In this document: positions 25,266-34,415 of the stretch, piece by piece
Numbering within the stretch: the first letter of the stretch is position 1
Layout: every line of letters begins with the position of its first letter
NCBI GenBank assembly: GCA_030646255.1
Contig: JAUSNF010000056.1
Coordinates: forward strand, 1 to 54,764
Length of the DNA: 54,764 bases
Source of the DNA: Candidatus Burarchaeum sp.
GTDB taxonomy: Archaea; Micrarchaeota; Micrarchaeia; Burarchaeales; Burarchaeaceae
Direction of reading: 5' to 3'
The notes under the pieces: generated by a model
What the model was told of the DNA's origin: nothing
Seen by the model: only the letters and a program-made list of their open reading frames with translations
Database searches by the model: none
Program-made: the position numbers and the translations under genes

Positions 25266-26111
25266 ATGAATATGGGTGTGCAGAAGATCGGAAAGGAAAA
25301 GATAGCAATCAGCATAGATGCAGGGCTGCTGAAGCGCGTGGACTCGCGCGTGGACGGCACGAACGTGAAGTCGCGCTCGCACGCAATCGAACTTCTGCTC
25401 ACGCAGGCGCTGGGCGGCGGGGCCGACGTAAGCGCGCTCGTGCTGTGCGGCGGCGAGAAGCGCGGCTTGACGCCAGCAACCTACCACCTGCCGCGCGCAA
25501 TGGTCGAGGTTGGCGGCAAGCCCATACTGCAGCGCATAATCGAGTGGCTGAAGGCCAACGGCGTGAGGCGCATTGCGCTCGCAATAGGCCGGAATGACAG
25601 CGAGATTGAATCTTATTTCAAGGATGGCAGCGGCTTCGGGGTCGAAATAGTTTATTTGCGCGAGAGCAAGCCGCTCGGCACTGCAGGCGCGGTAAAAAAT
25701 ACAAAGGAAAAACTGAACGGAACCTTTGTCGTCCTTAATGGCGATGTCCTGTGCGATTTTGATTTGCGCGCAATGCTCGAAGCTCACCGCAAGAGCAACG
25801 CGCTCGCGACAATGGCGCTCAAGTCAGTGCGGGACGAGGGAAGATACGGCGTGGCGGAGACTGAGGGCGAGAAAATAGTGAAGTTTGAGGAAAGGGCAAA
25901 GCAAAAGGGCGAGAGCAGGCTCGTGAACGCGGGCGTCTATGTGCTGAGCGAGAAGATTTTCGATTACCTGCCCGAGCAGGGCATGCTCGAGCGCGAAGTT
26001 TTCCCCAAGCTGGCGCAGAAGGGCCTGATGCGCGGCTATGTTTTCAGCGGCAAGTGGCTCGACGTGGGCGACAGGGCGAGCCTGCAGAGGGCGGAGAAAG
26101 AGTTGGAGTAA
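25266..26111 (+). CDS. ribbon-helix-helix domain fused to a sugar-1-phosphate nucleotidyltransferase
   Basis: The N-terminus KIAISIDAGLLKRVDSRV....SRSHAIELLLTQAL is CopG/MetJ-like. It is followed by ALVLCGGEKRGLTPATYHLPRAMVEVGGKPILQRIIEWL, LGTAGA and a VLNGDVL NTP-transferase core. A TATA (TATTTAAAT) lies about 22 nt upstream. Confidence 0.8.
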   Translation: MNMGVQKIGKEKIAISIDAGLLKRVDSRVDGTNVKSRSHAIELLLTQALGGGADVSALVLCGGEKRGLTPATYHLPRAMVEVGGKPILQRIIEWLKANGVRRIALAIGRNDSEIESYFKDGSGFGVEIVYLRESKPLGTAGAVKNTKEKLNGTFVVLNGDVLCDFDLRAMLEAHRKSNALATMALKSVRDEGRYGVAETEGEKIVKFEERAKQKGESRLVNAGVYVLSEKIFDYLPEQGMLEREVFPKLAQKGLMRGYVFSGKWLDVGDRASLQRAEKELE

Positions 26112-26139
26112 CTGGCGACTAGTGAAAGAGGTTGATGAA

Positions 26140-27279
26140 ATGAAAATAATGCATGCTTTTGGTACTCGTGCCTGTTCAATAAAAATGGCGCCATTGGTGC
26201 GCGAGAGCCTGAAGCGCGGCCACGACACGAAGATACTTTACTCGGGCCAGCACTATTCATCCCATTTATATGAGGAAGTTTTCGATGACCTGGAGTTGCC
26301 CAGGCCTGACTACGACATCGAGGCGCGAGGCACGCCTGCCGAGATGGGCGCAAGGATGATTGTCGAGGCCGAGAAGATTTTGAAAAAGGAGAAGCCGGAC
26401 ATCATACTCACGCACGGCGACACGTTCACGGCCATGTTCCTCTCTCTTGCAGGCGCGCTCGCGCTCACGCCCGTCGGCCATGTGGAAGCGGGCCTGCGCA
26501 CAAACTCCTGGGAGCCCTACCCTGAGCAGATTTGCACGCGCACAAATGACGCATGCTCCGCACTCTTCTTCGCGGCTACGGCGAAGAACCAGAAGGCTCT
26601 TTTATCCGAAGGCGCGCCAGCCGACCGCATCTTCGTAGTGGGAAACACCATAGTGGATGCCGCACTGCAGAACGCGGAGATTGCGCGCAGGAAAAGCAGG
26701 ATACTGGAAGAGCTGAAGCTGACTAACGAAAAAAATCTCATCTTCTGGTCGGTGCACCGCAAGGAGAACATGCTGCACGAGGAGCGCATGCGCGGCATCT
26801 TCGAGTCCCTGCTCGACCTCAAGGAGTACAAAATATTCTGCTCAGTGCTGCCGAGCACGCAGCAGGCCGCTGAAAGGTACGGCTATGCCGACCAGCTTGC
26901 CAAAGCCAAGCATTTGATCTGGGTTCCATGCCTGCCGAAATACACCGATGCACTGCGCATAATGCTCGAGAGCAAGCTCATCCTGACTGACAGCGGCGGG
27001 CTGCAGGAGGAGGGCTGCTCGCTCGACATCCCATGCCTTACAATACGATATGTGACTGACAGGCCCGAGAGCATCGAGGCGGGCGCCAACAGGTGCGTGG
27101 GCACCGAGAAGGACAGCATCTGCGAGTGGACCAGGAAAGTGATGGAAGATGAAAAACTGGCGCAGAAAATGCGTAATGCGCCAAACCCATACGGGGATGG
27201 CAAGAGCGCGGGCAGGATAATTGATATAATTGAGAAGTTCGAAGGCAAGATGGAAAGATGGGAGAAGAAGATTGTGTGA
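26140..27279 (+). CDS. wecB: UDP-N-acetylglucosamine 2-epimerase (non-hydrolysing type)
   Basis: MKIMHAFGTRACSIKMAPL.., HGDTFTAM, HVEAGLRT and LTDSGGLQEE are hallmark segments. GAGGT lies 8 nt upstream of ATG 26140. Confidence 0.9.
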   Translation: MKIMHAFGTRACSIKMAPLVRESLKRGHDTKILYSGQHYSSHLYEEVFDDLELPRPDYDIEARGTPAEMGARMIVEAEKILKKEKPDIILTHGDTFTAMFLSLAGALALTPVGHVEAGLRTNSWEPYPEQICTRTNDACSALFFAATAKNQKALLSEGAPADRIFVVGNTIVDAALQNAEIARRKSRILEELKLTNEKNLIFWSVHRKENMLHEERMRGIFESLLDLKEYKIFCSVLPSTQQAAERYGYADQLAKAKHLIWVPCLPKYTDALRIMLESKLILTDSGGLQEEGCSLDIPCLTIRYVTDRPESIEAGANRCVGTEKDSICEWTRKVMEDEKLAQKMRNAPNPYGDGKSAGRIIDIIEKFEGKMERWEKKIV

Positions 27280-27356
27280 GCGAGATGCGGGCAGGTAATG
27301 AAACTCCTGCAAGCGGTAAATGGAAAGAAAAGTTTGATGATGCGGGTGAATTTGCA

Positions 27357-28118
27357 ATGAAACTCAACGTTGTCTTGCTGGCAGGCGGATATGCGACGCG
27401 CCTATGGCCGCTCACAAAGAATATGCCGAAGGCGCTGCTCGCAGTGGGCGAGAAGACTATACTCGGGCACGTGCTGCACCAGCTCGAGAAAGTGCCTTCC
27501 GTAGACACAATCTACCTGACCACGAATGAGAAGTTCGCACGGCATTTCCGCCTTTTCCTCCTGCTGTGGAGATTGGAGGCAAAGAAGCGGGTTGAGCTCA
27601 TAGTGGAGGCGGGCACGAGCGAGGAGATGAAGAAGGGCGCAGTGGGCGCGCTTTTGCACATGCACAACAAGGGGCTGCTGAACGAGCGTACGCTCATAAT
27701 GGCCGCAGACAACCTGTTCGGCCCTGACATAACCAATCTGCTTAATGAAATAGCCGCGAATGAAAATGAGAATGCCGTAGTATTGGTCGATGTGAAACGC
27801 AAGGCTACTGCAAAGCACTATGGCATCTGCGCAGTTGACAAGGGCGGCACCATCGTGGGCTTCCAAGAAAAGCCAAAAATGCCGAAGAGCACGCTCGCCT
27901 CAACCGGTTGCTACGTTCTCAGCAAGGAGCTGCTTGACAGGCTGCCTGAATATGCACAAGGGGGCGGGCCGATGGACAGGATTGGCGATTTCATAGGCTG
28001 GCTAGTGCCGCGCGCGCACCTGAAAGGCCACACCTACACTGGCAAGTGGTTTGACATCGGCACGCACGAGGAGCTGGAGAGGGCGAGGAAGGAGCACAGA
28101 AAAGGTTTAAAAGCTTGA
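27357..28118 (+). CDS. sugar-1-phosphate nucleotidyltransferase (glucose-1-P thymidylyl/uridylyltransferase-like)
   Basis: MKLNVVLLAGGYATRLWPLTKNMPKALL is the G-G-x-x-T-R-L .. P-K signature. A WFDIGTHEEL motif lies near the C-terminus. Confidence 0.85.
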   Translation: MKLNVVLLAGGYATRLWPLTKNMPKALLAVGEKTILGHVLHQLEKVPSVDTIYLTTNEKFARHFRLFLLLWRLEAKKRVELIVEAGTSEEMKKGAVGALLHMHNKGLLNERTLIMAADNLFGPDITNLLNEIAANENENAVVLVDVKRKATAKHYGICAVDKGGTIVGFQEKPKMPKSTLASTGCYVLSKELLDRLPEYAQGGGPMDRIGDFIGWLVPRAHLKGHTYTGKWFDIGTHEELERARKEHRKGLKA

Positions 28119-28157
28119 AAAGACATATAAATTCCTTATTCTGGTGAGGTGTGTTTG

Positions 28158-29639
28158 ATGAATATGCAAGCGTCCGTTCCTAAGCCTGTTTTTGATTTAC
28201 GTGCAACACCCCTGCAGCCCGGCAATAATTCTTCCCCAAAGCGCGTGATCGCCGCAAATAAGATGGCCCATGACCTGCCCCTGACCACGATAATCGCGCG
28301 TTCCGATGCCGCCCGTGGAAGCTTCTTCTGCAGAATTTTCAGGACAGGCCTTTTGGAGGTATTTAAGGTGGCCGAGAAAACATGCGCCTTAGATACACTT
28401 AAGGATACAACTGAAGTTGATCTAATCAAGTATACGCTGGATGCTGCAGGCAAAAACGGTGCGGACAACGAAGCTGCTGGCAAAGAAAGCGCAGACAACG
28501 TCGCAGACCAAAAACCCGCGGACAAGTTAGATGCCTATAAATCCTTGCTGCGGGTTCTTGGTTTCAACGGTGCGTCAAACGCTATTCAGGAGAACCTGGG
28601 CCCCCTGGCTGCCCTGGAATTCCAGGCAACCGTGGCAGTTCAAACCAATGATTCAGGTTGCCTTGAGATAGCAGCCGGACTTGCCCGAAATTTAGATCAA
28701 GGTCATGGTGACAAATTGCCAGTGCTTGAACGCGTGAAAGCACTTGACATCGGACTTCAATTGCTGCTTTTTAAAGGGGAGGCGCCACTCAGGATGGCCC
28801 ATAATAGGAGTGATAAGGCCGAGCTGCTAATCGAGGCGGCGAAAGGGGCGGAAAAAGATGTGGCTGCGAATTACTACAACATGGCAGCGGCTGCATATGA
28901 TGAAGAAGCTGCATATTCTTCCAAACTTAAGACGGACACGGGCGATGCAAGGGCAACTCGTGCAAGCGAAAAGGCTGTAGAAGCCGGACAGCTGGCAGCA
29001 AAACTAACTTCGGAAATAGAAACCGATAAAAAGACTGCGCAAAGCCTCGCGCTTCTGCAATCCGAAAACAACGGGGATTGGCCAGCGGGCCTCGCAGAAT
29101 TGCGGGAGTTCTTGGGCGCTGATAAGGCATTGGAATTTATGAACGCAAAGTTAGGCCTTGAAAAAACCCTTGAGCTGTTGCGTGCGGCGCCTGAGAACGA
29201 TGCGGTCAGTTCCGCGCAGGCGAAAGACGTCTTCCAATTGATCTGCACTAACTTTAAACAGGCTGTAGGTTCCAATCTAAAAACGTTAGCACAATTGCTA
29301 TCGCCGCTACGCAAATCCGGTAATTTTAACGCTGGCGACCGCAGTGCTTTCATGGTTGCGCTGAAACTTGCCCGAGATTTGCTCAGCAATCCAGAACTTT
29401 CAGAACACCAATTTCATACAGTCATGAATTCCCTTCAAGGCGTTGAAGGCAGACGAGAGACAGTGGGCAGTACAACCTATACGGTTAAACCGGATGTTTA
29501 TGGGCCCGCTGCCAGAAACCTCGTCGATATGACTAAGGCGCTTAAGGATCTGCTCGGAGAAGCGAACTGTGCGATACTGTTGGCGCGTGCGGACGTTCTT
29601 GAGCCAGGAATCGTAAGTCGCATGCAGACTTCGCAATAG
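28158..29639 (+). CDS. hypothetical all-helical protein (about 493 aa)
   Basis: ATG 28158 lies 6 nt after GGTGAGGTG. The protein is Ala/Leu/Lys/Glu-rich and helical, with no TM or signal peptide. No family recognised. Confidence 0.6.
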   Translation: MNMQASVPKPVFDLRATPLQPGNNSSPKRVIAANKMAHDLPLTTIIARSDAARGSFFCRIFRTGLLEVFKVAEKTCALDTLKDTTEVDLIKYTLDAAGKNGADNEAAGKESADNVADQKPADKLDAYKSLLRVLGFNGASNAIQENLGPLAALEFQATVAVQTNDSGCLEIAAGLARNLDQGHGDKLPVLERVKALDIGLQLLLFKGEAPLRMAHNRSDKAELLIEAAKGAEKDVAANYYNMAAAAYDEEAAYSSKLKTDTGDARATRASEKAVEAGQLAAKLTSEIETDKKTAQSLALLQSENNGDWPAGLAELREFLGADKALEFMNAKLGLEKTLELLRAAPENDAVSSAQAKDVFQLICTNFKQAVGSNLKTLAQLLSPLRKSGNFNAGDRSAFMVALKLARDLLSNPELSEHQFHTVMNSLQGVEGRRETVGSTTYTVKPDVYGPAARNLVDMTKALKDLLGEANCAILLARADVLEPGIVSRMQTSQ

Positions 29640-29658
29640 TTGGTCCCAGGTGATGCAT

Positions 29659-30345
29659 ATGCACAAACGAGCAGCACCCATATTGAGCCGCCAGCCCGGC
29701 CTGCTTGAGGTTTTTAGCGCATTGAAAACGGAAATCCACTATGAGCGTGGCCGCCACCCCATAACAGAGTCCTTTGTAAAAGCATTCGAGGTCATGAATG
29801 GTCATAGAACTGCCAGCGATCTCTGGGGCCGGATTGCCTATAGGCGAATTGATCCGGAAACAAAGTACGGAAATGCGGTTGTTGAGCACATTGCTGCTTT
29901 GGTTATTTTGGAACAGTCTGTTGCGGATGGTGCCCTGCGAAGTAAAGCATTGCAGAGCCTGCGGGAGCTGCTCGGAGACGAGGGGGCAAGAACGGCCATG
30001 AATGACCGAAGACTTCATTACATGCACGAGTTTTCAGCTGGCACTCCGAGCCGAGTTTCCGAATCAATATGGAATCTGCTCCAGGACAGCGAACACCCGT
30101 CCCGCCATTTGATCTACGATCGTATGCGAAACACCATGAAACTGATCAATCTCCAACTGGCTCTTGGCGACTTGGTTTCTGTCATCTACAGTGATGCGTA
30201 CGCCAAACCCTACTATGCGTCTGCACAGGAATACTGCCACTCGCTCTTGGGGGCTTCAGATGCCATTCTGACTAAGGCAGGCCTCAGTCGAGACCGCATC
30301 AGTTATCTGGCAGAAGAGCTAACCACAAAAACTCGCCAAAATTGA
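29659..30345 (+). CDS. hypothetical HEAT-like protein, paralogue A
   Basis: Shares ..(S/T)(F/L)(V/K)KAFEV(M/V)NG(H/Y)RTA(S/D)DLWGR(I/L)AY.. and ..GD/GALRS(K/M)ALQSL(R/Q)EL.GDE.. with 30518-31264. AGGTGA precedes the start. Confidence 0.6.
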   Translation: MHKRAAPILSRQPGLLEVFSALKTEIHYERGRHPITESFVKAFEVMNGHRTASDLWGRIAYRRIDPETKYGNAVVEHIAALVILEQSVADGALRSKALQSLRELLGDEGARTAMNDRRLHYMHEFSAGTPSRVSESIWNLLQDSEHPSRHLIYDRMRNTMKLINLQLALGDLVSVIYSDAYAKPYYASAQEYCHSLLGASDAILTKAGLSRDRISYLAEELTTKTRQN

Positions 30346-30517
30346 AGCGCGCCCCTCAGGCGCAATCAGGTAAAGCTGCATTGAAATTTAACGGGCTTCA
30401 TGCCGTGCGGCTGAGCTTTTCGCACACCTTACAGCGCAGCAAAAAGACGCAACTAGTGTGGATATGTTTATAAGTCTGAAAACGCATAAGAATTAGCTAT
30501 TCCTGAGAGGTGAATGT

Positions 30518-31264
30518 ATGGTATATGAACCTATGAGAGTTCCAATACTGGCAAATAAGCCAACTCCACGTGAGGTTTCAGCTGCAATGCGCACGTTCAT
30601 ATCCTATGACACGAGCCGATATCCAGTAATAGATTCCCTTAAAAAGGCATTCGAAGTCGTCAATGGTTATAGGACTGCGGACGATCTCTGGGGCAGACTT
30701 GCCTATAACCTAAGCCGCCCGAAAACAATGCGCAGATATGCGATTGTTGAGAGCACCGCTGCTTTGGATATTTTGAAAAGCTCTGCAGATGGTGACCTGC
30801 GAAGTATGGCGTTGCAGAGCCTGCAGGAGCTTCATGGAGATGAGGCAAAACATGCTCTCTATACAAAAATACGGGAGTATGATGGCGTTGGCAGCCCGCG
30901 CGATATTTCTGATGCAATAAGGTTGCTGCCTCCTGGCATTCACAACAACGACCCTGCTTCCGATAAGAGCATCAGCCCACTTCTACAGCGGGTCATGGAA
31001 CTGATCAATCTTGACATTGCTTTCGGAGACCTGTCTCTCTCGGTTGACGTGAAAGAGGGCCGCACTGCCTTCGAAGGCTCTACAAATTACTACCAGTCTG
31101 CGCGGGTTTATTGCAAGGCCCTTCTGGAGGCCTCTGACTCTGCCCTGACTGCAGCAGGCCTCAACAGGAATCAAATCAACGAGTTGGCAGGCAAGCTAAC
31201 TGAAAAACTCAATAAACTCGAGGAGCTGCGCACGCCCGCGCAAGTAAGGCCATCGGGAACTTGA
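30518..31264 (+). CDS. hypothetical HEAT-like protein, paralogue B
   Basis: Tandem paralogue of 29659-30345. GAGAGGTGA lies 4 nt before the ATG. Confidence 0.65.
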   Translation: MVYEPMRVPILANKPTPREVSAAMRTFISYDTSRYPVIDSLKKAFEVVNGYRTADDLWGRLAYNLSRPKTMRRYAIVESTAALDILKSSADGDLRSMALQSLQELHGDEAKHALYTKIREYDGVGSPRDISDAIRLLPPGIHNNDPASDKSISPLLQRVMELINLDIAFGDLSLSVDVKEGRTAFEGSTNYYQSARVYCKALLEASDSALTAAGLNRNQINELAGKLTEKLNKLEELRTPAQVRPSGT

Positions 31265-31272
31265 GCCAACAG

Positions 31273-32448
31273 CTATGCTTGCGAACGACTAAGTTTTTCG
31301 CACACCTTCCCAAACCGCGTTAGGAACTTCTCCCACGAGAAGTCCCTCTCTGCCCTCTTCCTTCCCTCCTTACCCATCTGCTCAGCGAGCTTGGGCCTGT
31401 CCGCTAGATATGCCATCTTGGCAGCCAGCTCATTCGTATTATTGACCAAATAGCCAGTCTTTCCATCCTGCACAATCTCGCGCGGCCCGCCCTCGTTCCA
31501 TGCCAGCACGGGCTTGCGCGAGGCAAAGCCTTCCAATGGCACGATGCCGAAGTCCTCGTGCACCGGCGTATAGAGTACTGCATAGCAGCGTGCATACAAG
31601 TCCTTCAGCTGTTCGTGCGATATGTCCACCAGAAGCTCAATGTCAGAATCCTTCGAGGCCAGCTCAGCGAGCTTGTCGTAGTAGGCTGAATGGTGCTTCA
31701 TGCCGCGGTGCAGCGCGCCTGCAAGCACGAGCTTCCACCTCTCGCGCCTTGCATTGCCGCCCGCGGCTTTCCTCGCTTTCCTGAATTTCTCAAACGCCTC
31801 AATCGCGAGCTCGAACCGCTTCTCGGGCACGATGCGCGATGGGTAGAAGAAGAATTTCTCATAGCCCTTGCACTCGAACTCCCTGCAGTCCACGCCCGGG
31901 TGCAGCACTTCCGCGTCCTTGCGGTGCAGATATTTAGCGATGCGCTCTTTAGTAGTCTCGCTGTTTGCGAATATGTGCTCAATCTTCGGCACTGTCTGGA
32001 ACTCAAAGTGCTTGTACATCTGCACAAACGAGTGGTAGACTGCGCGCTCCGCAATGTTGCGCTGCTTCTGCCGCCATTCATAGAGCACGAAGGCTTCCCG
32101 GTTGGGGCTGTGGCAATACCACACGACCGGCTTATTGCGGTGCCTCACCCACTCGCTCGGCGTGCCCTGGGCGTTCACGACGTCAAACTCATCGGGCGCC
32201 TTCCAGCCCCAGAACTGGCTTCCGGCCAGTGCGGCTTCGCGCGCCCGCTTCGGGAAGAGCGTGAAGACGTGCTTTATGTGCCCGTGCGGCAGGGTTTCAA
32301 TGTCAATGTCGGCGAATTCGGAATAAGTCCTGTGCTTGTCGTACTCAGTGCAGAAAATCTTCGCGTCAAAGCGCTGCGCTATCTTGAGCACTACCTTTTC
32401 AGCCCCTCCTTTTGTGTGCAGGAACGGGTGCGCTATTGCCAGCCTCAT
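31273..32448 (-). CDS. GT-B glycosyltransferase (family 4 / Glycos_transf_1)
   Basis: MRLAIAHPFLHTKGGAEKVV.. is the N-domain. ..YTPVHEDFGIVPLEGFASRKPVLAWNEGGPREIV is the E-x7-E region. Start set at ATG 32448. Confidence 0.88.
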   Translation of the reverse strand: MRLAIAHPFLHTKGGAEKVVLKIAQRFDAKIFCTEYDKHRTYSEFADIDIETLPHGHIKHVFTLFPKRAREAALAGSQFWGWKAPDEFDVVNAQGTPSEWVRHRNKPVVWYCHSPNREAFVLYEWRQKQRNIAERAVYHSFVQMYKHFEFQTVPKIEHIFANSETTKERIAKYLHRKDAEVLHPGVDCREFECKGYEKFFFYPSRIVPEKRFELAIEAFEKFRKARKAAGGNARRERWKLVLAGALHRGMKHHSAYYDKLAELASKDSDIELLVDISHEQLKDLYARCYAVLYTPVHEDFGIVPLEGFASRKPVLAWNEGGPREIVQDGKTGYLVNNTNELAAKMAYLADRPKLAEQMGKEGRKRAERDFSWEKFLTRFGKVCEKLSRSQA

Positions 32449-32513
32449 GAAATCAACTCGGCGTTGTCCGAACAATCTCGAAACCTTATTAAATAACCCC
32501 CAATTTATAAGTG

Positions 32514-32999
32514 ATGGTGGCTTCCATGAACTCGCACAAGGCACAGACGACGATTGAGTACCTGCTTCTGATTTCCGTGGTGGTGCTTATTTTTGCAGGA
32601 GTGCTGATGACAGTCAATTCGCTCAAGCAGGAGGCCGAGAAGCCGGTGAACATAACTGGCAAGGAGGAGACTCCGGTGGGTGCGATGGGCACGCAGCTCG
32701 AGAAGCTGCGGCAGATAAGCACGCCCCCGAGCGAGGCGCCGGCCACCAATCTTGCAATTGCGTTTGAGCCAGAGCTTGTCTGCGCCTACGAGTCCATCAT
32801 AGTTGCGGTTACGAACGAGAACGGGCCAGTCGAGGGTGCATTGGTAAAGCTCAACAGCGAGACCACAACAGTCGACAGCAAGACCTCGGGCGCTGACGGA
32901 AAGGTCGCTTTCACGCCGCAGGCAATGGGTGCCTACACTGCGGTTGCGGAGAAGAGCGGCAATGCGCCAGCCTCGAAGCAGCTCTCGGTCGTGTGCTGA
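32514..32999 (+). CDS. archaeal type IV prepilin-like protein (class III signal peptide) with C-terminal beta-sandwich domain
   Basis: The class III motif is ..NSHKA|QTTIEYLLLISVVVLIF. The C-terminal VTNENGPVEGALVKLNSETTTVDSKTSGADGKVAF resembles a carboxypeptidase-regulatory-like fold. The start could be 32511, 32514 or 32526. Confidence 0.8.
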   Translation: MVASMNSHKAQTTIEYLLLISVVVLIFAGVLMTVNSLKQEAEKPVNITGKEETPVGAMGTQLEKLRQISTPPSEAPATNLAIAFEPELVCAYESIIVAVTNENGPVEGALVKLNSETTTVDSKTSGADGKVAFTPQAMGAYTAVAEKSGNAPASKQLSVVC

Positions 33000-33020
33000 G
33001 CTGGAAGAACGGGCGATCAG

Positions 33021-33452
33021 ATGAATATGCGGAAAACGCGCAAGGGGCAAATTGCAATCGAGTTTATGCTCGTGCTCGCCATCAGCTCGCTCATCTTCAT
33101 GATTGCGCTTCTCACATTCCAGCAGGGCGTGGGCGGCATAAAGAGCGCCTCGGGCGCCACGAGGTTTGTGAACTCTCTCGAGTCCATCTTCAACGCGGCC
33201 GACTCCATACAGCCGGGTTCGCAGAAGCACGTGCAGCTCAGCATACCGCCGGGCCTTGAGAACTTCCAGGCCATCGGCATAGGCGGCGGCTGGTACGTGA
33301 TAAAATTCAATTTCAACGGACAGGAGTGGAGCAGGCGCGTGCCCTACAAGCTATCTTTCATACCGCAGGACATCATCAACCAGCCGGGAGAATATTCCGG
33401 CCTGGTGTATGCGCGCGAGCCCGGCGACGTTGTAATACAGATTCTTTCGTAG
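33021..33452 (+). CDS. prepilin-like protein (class III signal peptide)
   Basis: MNMRKTRKG|QIAIEFMLVLAISSLIFMIALL. Confidence 0.8.
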   Translation: MNMRKTRKGQIAIEFMLVLAISSLIFMIALLTFQQGVGGIKSASGATRFVNSLESIFNAADSIQPGSQKHVQLSIPPGLENFQAIGIGGGWYVIKFNFNGQEWSRRVPYKLSFIPQDIINQPGEYSGLVYAREPGDVVIQILS

Positions 33453-33508
33453 TCTACAGGAGCGAAGTCAGGAGTGAAGTTGTCAGTGTCTTGTAGTGTT
33501 GTGAGTGA

Positions 33509-33910
33509 ATGGCAAAAGGTCAACTGGGCATGGAGTTTTCAATGACTGTAGCTTCCGCAGTCATAGTATTCGCATCGCTCCTCTATATAGCGGGCGGGGT
33601 GAAGGATACGCTGGAGGACAGCAGCGCGCGCATCGCGGCGGTTTCCGTGGGCCAGCGCACGGTGATGGCTGTGGATGCCCTGATGCGGGATGCGTGCGGC
33701 TTCAAGTGCTCGACCACCATAATCATGCCCCGCAGGCTCGACTCGATGGGCCGCTCGCTCGACTATAATGTGACTTTCTCAGGCAGCAAGGTGGTCGTGG
33801 GCTACGGCGAGGGGAGCGCGGCGGTAGAGTCGGGCAGGCCGCTGGGCGCCCTGCTTCTCGAGACGCGCACGCAGGGCAATGGCAAGATACTGGTGATAAA
33901 CTATGAATAA
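33509..33910 (+). CDS. prepilin-like protein (class III signal peptide)
   Basis: MAKG|QLGMEFSMTVASAVIVFASLLYI. Confidence 0.7.
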   Translation: MAKGQLGMEFSMTVASAVIVFASLLYIAGGVKDTLEDSSARIAAVSVGQRTVMAVDALMRDACGFKCSTTIIMPRRLDSMGRSLDYNVTFSGSKVVVGYGEGSAAVESGRPLGALLLETRTQGNGKILVINYE

Positions 33911-34352
33911 GTCCAGGCACGATGGGCGAGACGCGGCACGAGCGCGGAAGGGCATCTTCACATTCGGGAGCGCGCAAGCATCCGGCGCGCACAGGGGCAT
34001 CTTCACGTTCGAGGACTTCATACTCGCACTCGTCATACTGTCGATTGCGACCGCGCTCGTCATATCGAACCTTTTTATATTTGACCACCGAACTGTCGAG
34101 CAGATGCTGGCTGCGCGGACCGCATGGGGCTCCGACAGCGCGGCAGACATGATTGTGAAAAAATATATGGCCGGCTCGGGCGAACTCGAACTGGGCGCAC
34201 TGCGCGACAGGCCCATGCCTGACAGGGTTCAGGTGACTGTGGGCGCACTGCGCTTCGGCTCCGAGGCGCCCCTGGCTTCCGAGGTGTTTGTCAGCAACCG
34301 GCTCGTGTTCATGAACGGCAGGGCCGAGCTCCTGACGGTAAAAACGTGGTGA
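33903..34352 (+). CDS. prepilin-like protein with duplicated cleavage-site motif
   Basis: ..ARKGIFTFGSAQASGAHRG|IFTFEDFILALVILSIATALVISNLFIF. The start overlaps the preceding stop by 8 nt. Confidence 0.65.
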   Translation: MNKSRHDGRDAARARKGIFTFGSAQASGAHRGIFTFEDFILALVILSIATALVISNLFIFDHRTVEQMLAARTAWGSDSAADMIVKKYMAGSGELELGALRDRPMPDRVQVTVGALRFGSEAPLASEVFVSNRLVFMNGRAELLTVKTW

Positions 34353-34415
34353 GTGGTGATTGATTTGTTGCTTGAAGGACGCGGAAAATTTGTGTGCGGG
34401 AATGGCGCGGGCTGC

